Below are positions 1-11,427 of a stretch of DNA of 64,000 nucleotides, piece by piece. The DNA is from Pristiophorus japonicus (taxonomy: Eukaryota): positions 31,248,001 through 31,312,000 of the forward strand of contig NC_091988.1 of NCBI RefSeq assembly GCF_044704955.1, written 5' to 3'. Below the pieces are notes generated by a model. The model had not been told where the DNA came from. It searched no databases and saw only the letters and a program-made list of their open reading frames with translations. Within the stretch, counting starts at the first letter, position 1; each line of letters opens with the position of its first letter. The translations under genes were made by a program, and so were the position numbers.

Positions 1-1500
1 TTCAATTGTTCCCTGATGGCTTTATTCATCCATGGAGTCTCATCAGTGTTTAGTTTGTTCTTTCCTTTTAGCAAAATAAATTGTTCCTGCACTCAGTTGA
101 ACACCATTTTAAATGTTTCCCATTGCCAATGTTGTTACCCATTTTATTTTCCCAAGTTCTATTCTCAGCCCCTCAAACTCAGCTTTTCTCTAATCTATTA
201 CCTGGTTTTTGTCATACTTAATGGTCCTTCTCAATTATCATCTTAAAATGTATATTATGGTCACTATTGCCTAGATGTTCCCCTACTTTTACTTCTCTTA
301 TCTGCTCTGGTTCATTCTCCATTACTAGATCCAATGGTGAATCCTCCCTTGTTAGGATTTTTACATATTGGGTTAGAAAGGAGTCCTGTACACATTGTAT
401 GAACTCCGTTCCCTTATCCCCTTTACCTACTTCCTCTGTCCAATTAATATCAGGGTAGTTGAAATCCCCCATGATTATTATTCTATGTTTAGTTCTCATT
501 TCCCTAATTTGTCTGCATATTTCTTCCTCCATCTCCCTTCCACTATTAGGTTGTCTGTAGACTACACCTATTAGTGTGATTGATCCTTTATTATCTTTTA
601 TCTCTATCCATTTGGTTTCTATTTTTGTCTTGCTGATTGCTGCATAACTTTTTTCTACTGCCATTATGTTATCCCTAATAAGTACAGCTACTCCACCTTC
701 CCTTTTTCCCTCTCTATCTTTTCTAAATATGTTATACTCTGCAATTCCCAGTCCTGATTTTTCTGTAGCCATGTCTCAGTAATCCCTACTATGTCTGGTT
801 CCTCACAACACATGATTGCCTCCAGCTCTCCTGTTTTATTACAGACACAGTGTACATTACTGTACAGACAGTTCAACTCATTTTAATAGGATTTCCTCTC
901 ACTTTATGTTTAACCATCTTTTTAGACTCATGTTCTATTACTCTATTTATTCCCTTGCCATCAATTTCCTCCCTTACTTTATTCGTTTCTATGCTGGCTT
1001 TTCCTGTTTTGTTTATATTTAGGCTGCTTATGTTTCTTGTCAATCCCTCTCCCCATTTTACTAGTTTAACGCCTTTGCCACCTCCCTATTTACCCTTTCT
1101 GCTAGGACACGGTTCCCATCCCCGTTTAGGTGGAGCCCGTCCCATCGCTACAGCTCCTTCCTGTCCCAGAACAGGTGCCAGTGTCCCGTGAAAAGGAACG
1201 CCGCTTTCCCACACCAACCCTTTAGCCACATGTTAATTCTCCTGATCTGTCAGCTTCTATGCCAATTTGCATGTGGCTTGGGCAATAATCCAGAGATTAT
1301 TGTCCTTGAGGTCCAGCTTTTTCATTTAAAGTCTAACTCCTGATACTCTTTCAGCAGGACCTTCTCCCTGTTCCTACCTATGTCGTATGTTCCAGCATGG
1401 GCAACTGGATTTACCCCCTCCCTTTCCAAGTTCCTCTTCAACCACACTGAGATATCCCTTCGGTAGGCTACAAACCCTTCGGAATTCTGGTTCTTGGCTG
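1..1500 (-). mobile_element. Degraded CR1 LINE fragment (ORF1 esterase end plus ORF2 APE endonuclease)
   Basis: Minus ORFs 688-876 (CLYSNV..DIVGITETWL) and 218-772 (GGVAVLIRD..GVVYRQPN..IMGDFNYPDINW..LDLVM..HLGNSDHN) are CR1 apurinic-endonuclease motifs, broken by frameshifts. The element runs off the left edge. Confidence 0.85.
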
Positions 1501-2739
1501 CAGAGGATGCAATCTAAACGTATGTTTATTTTTTTATAAAATAGGATAACTCAGCAAATTGCATCAAATTTCAGTCAGTGTTACTGGATTTTCACCACAG
1601 CAGAATGTCTCTTCTCTTTTCAGGCTTAAACTGCCACAGACAAACGGATTGATTGGACTGGGAATTCCTACCTCGCTGTGGAGCAGGAATTGTACTCTTC
1701 GAAATCGGAGGACTAACCCCAGTTAGAAACTCCTAGCCCCGCAAAGTCTCAAATCCCAATTTACACCCTCCTCAACCCAGGAATTTAGAGGCCAATTGTA
1801 CTTGCACCCCTTCAAAGTTAAAGAAAACATCTTTAAATATTTACAAATTTATATAAAGGTATAATGAACAACTAATGGTACTGCGTTTATGATAGGATGT
1901 GGGACATCAAGTATTAAACAGCAAAAAAAGTTATGGATTAATTATTTTTGAATAATGATATCTTCAGGTATGACTGCTGAAAGTGCATAAACGTTACCAA
2001 GTATTTACCTCTTAACACCATGCACTACTCCTCAAGGTATTTAGAGAGATATTTATCAGCATGTTGCCAGGTGATAGCTGATGGAAGTTAAATCTGAACA
2101 AGGTGAAAGTTCATCAATTGAAATTAAAGGGTCAGGAAAAAATTGGTTTTGAGAGACCATGGATTTAATTCAACAACACAAAATAAGTATCTCCTCTCCC
2201 TCGAGCGAATCCATGTACGAAAATAACATCACAGCAGTTCAAACACGTTGTGTCTTATTCCCAGAGTATTTTGAGTTTGAACATTTGAAGGGTCTGTTTT
2301 TTCATAAACTACATCCAACTATTCGATTGGAGCTAAAATGGTTAATAATTTTCCGAAACCGAGAAGACATTATAAAAAGAGAACATAAGGTATAGAATAT
2401 AGGTATATTATAAGAATATATCAAGCACTGAACCTTATTTGTGCTGGCAACAAATGGGAATGTGGGAGAATGCAACTGTCTAACATTGTCGGGGCACTGG
2501 CTTATTGGAACTTCTCAAATTGTCGAATACAAGATTAAAGGAATCACATGTCCACATTGACCTGCATGTTCGGCAAAGTCCCATCTGTGCAATACAGCTA
2601 GGTATCCAGATTAAATTCACAGTTGGAAAATCTAGCTGTATATCGTTTATGTTAAGATCGACTCGGTCTTATTCGCTTTTCACACAAAACAATTAAAATG
2701 TACGTTCGAGTTAAAAACTGGTACAGGCAAGAAAAAAAT

Positions 2740-2885
2740 CTGAAGATGTTAGAAATCTGAAATAAAAACAGAACATGCTGGAGATATACAAAGGTTCCAG
2801 TATCTGAAACGAGAAAACGAGAGATTAGCGTTTCTGGTTTAGACCAAGTCACTGGGGGCTTTTCAGGCATTTTCTGTTTTATTTA
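2740..2885. repeat. Degenerate hairpin-like repeat, probably derived from a Penelope-like terminal repeat
   Basis: Imperfect inverted arms AATAAAAACAGAACATGCTG ... GGCATTTTCTGTTTTATTT; a related copy lies at about 4470-4580. Confidence 0.4.
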
Positions 2886-3393
2886 AAAACTGCTTCCCCT
2901 GGAACTGAGAAGATACAAAAATAAGTTAGTGACTTAAAATATATAGTATGCAATAAAACGAAGTTTACATACAACGGAATATAATAAATCATTTGAATTG
3001 CACGTTGTTTATGGACTGCAGCAACGTAATTTTGCTTTCGTAAAAACCATAACAAATTGATAACCTAAACGATTAGTTTCGAAGGAGTTTTCAGTATGAA
3101 TCTATGCATTTGCGAAACTTGTATTGGACAAACTAGTAAACCAAAAGTTCCTGAAGCATCAAACTATTATTAGAATAAAATGCCGTTATATTGTCAGTTT
3201 ATTGAGAGAAAATACTACATTTATCGCGTTTTTCCTTTTATCTTTGTACATATTGGAGGTAAACGACGTATTGATCGTTCACAACACTTTCATAAAATAG
3301 ATTGACATTATGCATAAACATAGTAATAAAATAATTAGAATTCATTTTAATTCTACAAGTTACATAACTTACGTCCTGAAAACATTTACTTAC

Positions 3394-3494
3394 TTTGCCG
3401 ATGACCACATTATGACAGGCACGGTCTGATCAAGTGTGATCGAAAACCTAATGAGAAGTGAAATTGTTAAGCACTGTAACTGAAAGGCTTCCAT
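3394..3494 (-). CDS. ATP6AP1L: Probable first coding exon of an ATP6AP1-like (Ac45-related V-ATPase accessory protein) gene
   Basis: Minus-strand ATG at 3494 reads MEAFQLQCLTISLLIRFSITLDQTVPVIMWSSA, then a phase-2 GTAAGT donor at 3393. A hydrophobic signal-like stretch plus DQTVPVIMWSS resembles ATP6AP1 EQQVPLVLWSSD. In human, ATP6AP1L is head-to-head with RPS23. Later exons were not identified. Confidence 0.6.
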
Positions 3495-3884
3495 TGATAA
3501 ATATTAGCAACGATTGTGCACAGAACATCAGAGCCACGACCTCCCAAAAGCGAACGTCGGCTGCAACAACCAGAGAGCAACCGCCCTGTGATTGACGGTA
3601 ATATCCACCAATCGGCGGCGGGGTTCCCGCCGAGCAGCCAATGCGACCCAGCAGAAGGCGGGACCTGCAGAATTCTACCTTTTAAACCGAGAAAAACGAT
3701 TATTGTGCTGAGTGTAATATTTTAGTTGGAATGAAGAGACGATTTCCTCACAGGTTTTTGGGGGCAGACGAGTAAAAAGGTGATTGTTGTGTTTTTTTTT
3801 CTCCCCGTGTTTGAGGACAGGCGCGGAGGGCGGCTGTCAGGGTCCTGGCGGTTGGTACTAGGCGCGGCGCTGGACGAACTCCGG

Positions 3885-3892
3885 TCTTTTTG
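3885..3892 (+). promoter_or_regulatory. RPS23: TCT initiator / 5'-TOP pyrimidine tract of RPS23
   Basis: TCTTTTTG about 30 nt upstream of the ATG, typical of vertebrate ribosomal protein transcription starts. Confidence 0.65.
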
Positions 3893-3914
3893 CTGAGCGG
3901 CCGAGTGTGCAGCA

Positions 3915-3918
3915 ATGG
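3915..3918 (+). CDS. RPS23: 40S ribosomal protein S23 (uS12), coding exon 1 (ATG G)
   Basis: GCAATGG followed by a GTGAGT donor at 3919; joins exon 2 to give M-G-K-C-R. Confidence 0.9.
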
Positions 3919-5016
3919 GTGAGTGTGGCGGGCGGCCCAGCCCCAGCTCTTGGCACCCAGGCCGTCCCTTGCAAACTCGCACTCGGAGAGGCCCACCGAG
4001 TTCGCACAGTTAGCCTCCGTCACGGGCCGCCGGAGGGTCTTTTTGAGGCCGGTTTATTTTTTAATAAATGCGTCAACCAGCCGCATGCGAGCCGCCACGG
4101 CGCGGGTCCCCGACTCGAGGTTTTAGGCCCAGGGCCTGGTCCAGGCGATCGCCTTTCAGCCGTTTTAAAGCAATCCCCATTAAAACAAATCTCGCTCTAG
4201 ATGAGAGTTCAGCAAAATCCGAACACAGATTGCTCAATTTTAGAAAACATTTTTTTTTAAAAGCTGGACGGGATTGTTTCTGGGCCTTGGAAGACATCTT
4301 GAGAAGGTGCTAGGGATTTTTTAAATATAATGTGGATTTTTCTACATTTGAGACAATCGGTTTGTAAGTGGCGATTCTTGATGAAACTGCCACACTTGTA
4401 TGTTCAGAAGTGGGATCTTCAATTGGGCGACAGACATTACATAAAAAAATAGGACAAAAGCAAAATGCTGCTGGAATCAGGAATAAAAAAAGAACATGCT
4501 GGAAATCTGAGCAAGTCGGGCAGCATCTATGGAGAGGAAGCAGAGTCTAACCTGAGATTTCCAACATTTTCTGTTCTTATAAGAAATAGCCCCTCGAGCC
4601 AACTCTGCCATTCAATAATTCAACATTGGGTTGAGAGTTCAACACCATTGCCTTTAAGAGCAAAAGTGATTGTATATTGAGACGACTGCATAATTTTTAT
4701 GTGACATTTCATTGGTACCAAGCCCCCTTTCAGAGGAAATATAATTCAAATATATTAATTAATCAGATTGGGGCTTCGAATGCAATTCAACACTGGCATT
4801 CTTGAGTACACATTTTCTAATTGCTCATCTTGGCACTTACTACAGCAAGCAATTAGATGTGTGCTTTTTGCAGGAAAGTAAACAATTTCTACTACTAGAA
4901 ACCTACTTAATTAAAATTATGCTGGTATTGCTGATAGCACTGAAATCCACCATTTGGCCCTACTTCTCCATACTGTATAGAAGTTACTAAATTAATTAGA
5001 AATTAAGACATTCTAA

Positions 5017-5190
<174 letters not shown>

Positions 5191-5446
5191 TAAGTATTTT
5201 TAAACTAAGGATCTTGCTCACCGTTACAGACTGTTTTAAGTTATTTCCTTTCCCTGAAGTATCCCTGAATTTTCTTTCCTCAAATCTTAAATGGAATTGT
5301 TAGAATGTGCATGAGAGTGGCCTGGGGTAAATGGCTGCATTGTTAAACCTCTTGCTATGAAAGTTCCGCGTCACTTTTTGACATAGGCTTTTGATGGTTA
5401 GGCTGAAAACTGAAAATATGAGGAATTATGATCTAGTAAAAAATGA

Positions 5447-6388
5447 GGTACGTTTTGGCCAGGAGTTGCTCCCATTTTTTTTTTGGAGCAACTTGATTTT
5501 TCTGGAGCATCTTAAAAATCCTCATTTTGCATCTTCAATTTACGCCAGTGTAAGCGAGTTAGTTAGGATTTTTTTCGTTTACTTTTTTTCTCTCAAAAGG
5601 GGGCGTTACCAGCCACCTACGCCAGTTTTGTCCATTTAGGCCAGTGTTTGTGGCATGGCCACTTCAGAAAACCCTTGTGGAAAGTTAAGAAATTCAGCGC
5701 AGTTGGTACATCGGAGGTCAGCAGAACTTAATGACGACTAAAGAATGTGAATAGGATCAAACAGCTATACAGCAAGTTAAATTTACTATACAACAGAAGC
5801 ATTCATGGAAGCTTAAACTACAAAAATAAAAGAAGTAAAAGATAGTTGAATTAAATTGCCCTAATCTCTTAACTAATTTAAACAACTATTTGTTTGCAAT
5901 GATTATACTGGGCCAAAATTGAGCCCATATTATCTACTTCAATAAATAAGATATTCTCTGTTCCTCCGTCACTTATGTTCTTTCACAATAGCACCAGGTG
6001 AATAGGCTTGACAAATGTCACCGCTATTCACAAGAGCCAAAACATATTCACATAATTTTTTCAAAATATCCAAAAGTCCAGGAAAATGACAAGAAAGTTC
6101 AAAAATAGCTACAGTGCATAAAATTTCAGACCTGCGGTCGATCGCACCGGGACGCCACTCAGTCAGGGCTAGGGGCAGGCATTGAGTCCACAGCGGCTGC
6201 AGCATGCACACAGAGCAACTGGGGGTGAGGAGCTACTGCTACTGGCCACGCTGTGCGACAACTGAGGAGAGGCCAGGCAGCGGCCAAAGTGAGGCGATTT
6301 TTTTTTTTTTCCGGCGCACTTATCAATGGAGAAAAATGGCGCATCTCCGGTAAGTGTGCCGAAAAAAGGTTGGATCAAATTTGAGCCC
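5447..6388. mobile_element. Non-autonomous PIF/Harbinger (MITE-like) remnants in RPS23 intron 2
   Basis: 5460-5640 resembles the interior of the TIR-bounded element at 37070-37849; TIR-like ends AAAATTGAGCCC (ends 5926) and AAATTTGAGCCC (ends 6388, followed by TTA). Confidence 0.55.
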
Positions 6389-6790
6389 TTAGTAACTTCT
6401 GAACATTCACATTGAAATTTCAGAGCAATTGCACCATGTAGCCATAATGGAGATGCACATGCACACTTTAGTGGCAGAATGGTACTGTATGCTGCATGGT
6501 CTATATCCATTAAAAAATGTTTGCTTTCAAAAAGCTCTAGTGCATTGATTTAAATGACTTCGGTTTGGGGTAGATTAAGTTTGTCTGGTTTACCCAGTTG
6601 TTTGTATAAACTGCATCTACTTTTAAGTGAAACCCACTGGGAAATTAAACTTCTGCATTGCCTCTCCTCGCACAGCTTTTATAGTGCCTTGAACTTTGCA
6701 AAATGTGTCCCAGTGCTTCGCCAGTTATGAGGACAAATGCAGAGCGGGAGTTCAAGAATATGGTGAATTATTAATTATTTTCTTTTTTAA

Positions 6791-6970
<180 letters not shown>

Positions 6971-9020
6971 TAAGCTTTTTTTATTTTTCTACTTGCTTTC
7001 ACTTGCATTAATTGTATCATTAAATGAACCTTTTTATATTCAGACTGCGTTGTACCAGATTTCTAGTCCTCTATAACTGCCGAGTATGCAATGGCACATA
7101 GTTTTTAAAATCTATTTTAAATGGGTCGTCTTATCAATCCAAGCCTGGATTCCCACCGCAGAGCTGGTTGGGCTATCCAGCCCCGCCATGGAGATTGTTG
7201 GGCTGTCTGGCCCCGCTGAGGAGGATGTCACTGGGAGGCCCCAGGGTCGTCCGGTCCGGATTACGGAACATTTTATGGATTACGGACGACCCTGCCACCA
7301 ATCGGTCCGGATTCTGGAACATTCCGGAATTCCGGATTCTCAACGCTGCACATGTACTATCTTCACCACAAGGACTGCTTCAGTTCAAACTGGCCCAAAA
7401 CCACCTTCTTAAGGGCAACTAACATTTGGCAATGAATGACAGCCTTGCCAGTGATGCTTCATCCCGCAGAATGATTTAAAAGAGATTGATTGCCTTCTGA
7501 TGGTCATTCAAGAGGAAGCACTTCTCCCCCAGGCTCACTCCCATATCCAAATAAGTGAACTGGTTCAGAAGATAAATGGCAGGAAAAGTCGTGTGTAGTG
7601 TATGAAAGTTGTTTAATAAAACTTGTTTCTAGTAGTAACATTTTAATTTGTAATTGATGGTGCTGAAGAAAATATTGTCTGAATATCTGATCATTACATT
7701 GTCTGGAAATGAGTAGAGGAGGGTAAACTAGGGATACGAGATGTGTCACAAAACATAATGGCACGGAACGCAGATCAGTAAAGGCTCAATTTCTAAGGTT
7801 TTTGTGCCCACTTCAGTGCCCATGCTGTTGTGAGCAGTGTAAGTGCAAAGAATTAATTTACATTTATATTAACATCTTGCGTCCTAGGGCATTCCAAAGC
7901 ACACTGTTACGTGGTTAAGTGCAACAGCCAATTTACACACACTAAATTAATTAATGTTTTCATTGGTGTTGGTTGAGAGTGGAATTAGAACCCACTGCCT
8001 TCTGACTCAAAAAACCAATTCAACAAGTTGGCAAGTGACGGGGCATGGGGTAACAAGCTCCTATCAATTTCAGCTTCATTTAAATTGAAAATTTGGTAAC
8101 TTAATATTGTAGGTTAGTGTACTACAAGGTTGTCCTATAGCCCTGAACATTTGAGTACTACTGAAGTGTGGGCATAATTAATTTTTAACTCTGGCATGTT
8201 TCGGCAAAACTTCAGTTTGGTAACAAATTAGATGTGTTGTTTAGATGATACTGATTTTTTTAAAATTTGGATCATCAAGTTGTGGCTGTCTGCAGACACT
8301 ACTATTGCCTCTTCCCTTTCCGGTCTGCTTCCACCCACTCTCCCAAAAAGATCAATGGCAAAAATTCCTGATTAGTGCAAGGGAGTAATGATTACCAATT
8401 CAAATCGTTTCATTGAAGTGTGATAGCTTGTAACAACCCAATTCTCTTCCACCCCACCCAACTTATTTTCCCCTCGTATTGCTGCTGAGTTTGATTAATC
8501 AATTGCTGACAGTATTTAGACCAGTTTTTAGATTTGAGTACTACCTGATTGGGACTAATAGTACTGTTTATACAGCTCATATTCCACATACGTGCTTCAC
8601 TTACAAAATCAGTAATACTTTAAAGAAACTGATTTGAGTCACCTTTGTGAATTATGTGATGATCCTAGTCTATATTAATTGCACCCTCCAGAGTATATAC
8701 CTCTTATTGATACAAGTCTCATTCACAGCTAATGTCACACTTAAAATATGTCCATAATACAACAAACTTGCACTCTTGGTTAATACTCACTTCACTGAGT
8801 ACAATTTAAAATTCTTCCCCAATCCTTTTTAAGTAGCAACGTTGTTTCCTTTGACTCAGCATTAGCTGTGCCATAGCTGATGCACTAGCATAGCATTAAT
8901 GTCAAGAACTAACATTTGGTAATCCTTCCTCTCCCTTAACAAGTGTTATAGATTGGATGTTTCTTAGTTTTTAAATGCTTTGAACTATTTCATTTATGGT
9001 CCAAATTTTTCATCTTTTAG

Positions 9021-9167
<147 letters not shown>

Positions 9168-9195
9168 ATGTTTTGGTGTATTATCAGAGATTGAA

Positions 9196-9216
9196 AATAA
9201 ATCATTTTAAAATAAA
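9196..9216 (+). terminator. RPS23: RPS23 polyadenylation signals
   Basis: Two AATAAA hexamers (9196-9201, 9211-9216) shortly after the stop, followed by a GT-rich tract. Confidence 0.8.
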
Positions 9217-9689
9217 TGTGTTTGTCAGAAGCTAATGTAATTTCCTAATGTTATTGAATCCTTTCTGTTTGCAACAAGACTCAATGGAAGGAGGAATCTT
9301 GAGAATTCATGCTCCAGGTTTTATTTGAGGGTTATATTTTTATCTAGGCAAACACACGTACGTTCTCTGAACTGGTTAGAGGTTGATATAGAGAATGGTC
9401 CAGTAATCATTGTTTCCTGTGGGACGCATAACCTGCACAGCAGCATGGCATTGAACTGGTAATCCCTTGCCTCTCCGGTACTGCTTGATGCTGCCATTTT
9501 CAGTTATAGTGATAAAATGAAAATATACAACCTGGGCATAAACTCAGATTTACTGAACTGATGACAAACCCAAAAAAGAAGTCTGGGAGGAAAACTTAAT
9601 ATGGAAGCAAGAAGAGATAAAAGAGAAATCTACAAACGTTGGATTTTATTCTGTCTGGTTCCCTGGAGGTGGTGGGTTCTAGCAACAAT

Positions 9690-10665
9690 GCATTTTTATT
9701 GCAAATTCCTAGTTGCCCTGAGAAGGTGGTGATGGGCTGCCTTGAACTGCTGCAGTCCTTGTGCTTGGTAGTGAATTCCAGGGTTTTGACTCGGTGCTGA
9801 TGAAGGAACTGAGGTACATGTTCAAGTACAGGTGATGAGTGACTTGGAGGGGATCTTGGAGGTAATGGTGTGGTATTTCTGCTCGTCCTTAGTGGTAGAA
9901 GTTGTGTGGGAGCTGCTGAGAATAAGCTCAGTGTTGGTGATGGAGTGTATGAATATTAGGTTCAGTGAAAGGGTGCTGATCAAGAAATGCGAGCAATTGT
10001 ATTTTGCACCTTTTGTCTTCCGGGGGTCATTGAGACAAGTTTATTTTCTTCCCTTTTTCAACTCCTGTCTTCCTAAAGGAATTCAATCTTTGCAAGGATA
10101 CAGTTCCACTGATGTCTTATGGCCATTCTTCACGTGAACCTAGGTAGTGAGTGTTGCCAAGCCGTTTGAGGGAGGTGGGGGTGGTTGCAGCCAAATCTCA
10201 TCTTGTCCAGACTTGCACCCTTCAAATAAATGTACACTAGCAAGAATCCTGGTCGTTTACTTCCTAGCTCAGGAGCACTGAGAACAACTGGCATCCCTGG
10301 CTGAGATCAGCTAATGGCCTGGATGAGTGCAGCTCCAACACAAATAGCTCGACACCATCCAGGACAAAGCAGCCCACTTGATTGGCACCCCATCCACCAT
10401 CTTAAATACTCTTCACCACCTGTGTAACTTCTCCAAGATCAACTGCAGCACCTCCTAAACATGCAACCTCTACCACCGAGAAGGACAAGGGCAGAAGGTG
10501 CTTGGGAGCACTATCAACTGCAAGTTCCCTCTAAGGCTTATAATGTTGCCAAAAAGAGCAGTAAGCCTGAGGATTGGAAGGATTTTAGAATTCAGCAAAG
10601 GACCAAGAAATTGAAAAAATGGAAAATTGAATGAGAGTAAACTAGCAAGAGACATAAAAGACTAA
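9690..10665. mobile_element. Old LINE debris (CR1/L2-group 3' fragments in both orientations plus a short CR1 ORF2 piece)
   Basis: 9690-9990 and 10316-10535 look like opposite-strand pieces of one LINE 3' region; 10535-10665 matches the CR1 ..PEDWKDFRIQQRT.. segment seen in other copies here. Confidence 0.45.
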
Positions 10666-11427
10666 GGGCTGGAATTTCATCACATTTCCACCAATTTACC
10701 GCCGGAAAACAGTTTAGTCCTAAACTAGAAATTACTGCTCAAATGTCGCCGGCAGTAAATTCATCAGTCATATACCGCCAGCCCATTTTTTTTAACTGTT
10801 ATTTTGACGTAGCGTGTAACCTGCTGAGAGATGCAGCATATGTCGCTGGCTGATGCTTGAAAGGAGCCAGATGCATAGAAGGCAAGTGCCGCTGTCACCT
10901 TCACCTTGACTAGCAGTGCGGTCTTGTTGGTGCTGGTAGGCTGCAGGTCTGCCTTTATGAACTGGCATATCTCATCATCCCTTTTCGGAAGCGCAGCCTT
11001 CTAATGCACTGTATCGAACAGGTGCAGGTATGAGTGTTTCTCCCTGAAAATTCGTTGGGGGTAAGGCTTCATCCTCCTAAGTCTGTGACCTTTCATTGGG
11101 CTCTTAATGCTCTTCAATAAACCTTCTAGCTCTATTCCGCATCATATAAGTAGTCAGCAATATTGGCAGAGAAATTACAAGCCCCATTCCTATAAATGTC
11201 CTCAAATCACCACAAATGTCCTTTAAATTACCTCCAATATGCTCAAAGATGCTATCAAATATCTTCAAACACCCTTTAAATTCTACTCTCAAATGACTTT
11301 TAAGCTCTCGCTAACCTCAATCAGCCTTCAAGATCCTCCGATTTTCAAAATTGCGTCCCGCTTGCTAGGTTATGATCAGGTAAGACCCTAGTTTTCAAAT
11401 GGTGGATTTGATGAATTTACCGTCGGC
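10666..11427 (-). mobile_element. Internally deleted PIF/Harbinger element
   Basis: Starts GGGCTGGAATTTC after TAA. 10860-11070 (minus) encodes a transposase N-terminal remnant (RIFREKHSYLHL..IRRLRFRK..KVTAALAFYASGSFQ) paralogous to 17020-17230. Subterminal inverted motif pair at 10748-10765 and 11410-11427. Confidence 0.7.

Larger units (their letters stand above)
3500..4170. promoter_or_regulatory. CpG-rich, probably bidirectional promoter of RPS23 and the ATP6AP1-like gene
   Basis: Sharp local rise in GC and CpG content; CCAAT motifs near 3608 and 3638; GC-box-like motifs near 3825; lies between two divergent start codons (3494 minus, 3915 plus). Confidence 0.75.

Noticed and set aside
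2009-2093. Candidate second exon of the ATP6AP1-like gene (minus; good acceptor CTTTCACCTTGTTCAG, donor GTAAAT)
   Set aside because: The required frame hits TAA just before the donor, the other two frames also stop, and the peptide has no recognisable similarity.
3722-4313. Several overlapping ORFs on both strands near the RPS23 start
   Set aside because: They are by-products of a GC-rich promoter and first intron, with no recognisable protein motifs.
4470-4580. Hammerhead ribozyme in Penelope-like hairpin repeats (also 2740-2885)
   Set aside because: The CTGANGA and GAAA core with its flanking stems is not intact in either copy.
8650-8800. Possible intronic C/D box snoRNA in RPS23 intron 3 (GTGATGA near 8656)
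   Set aside because: No suitably spaced D box with a terminal stem, and no evident rRNA complementarity.
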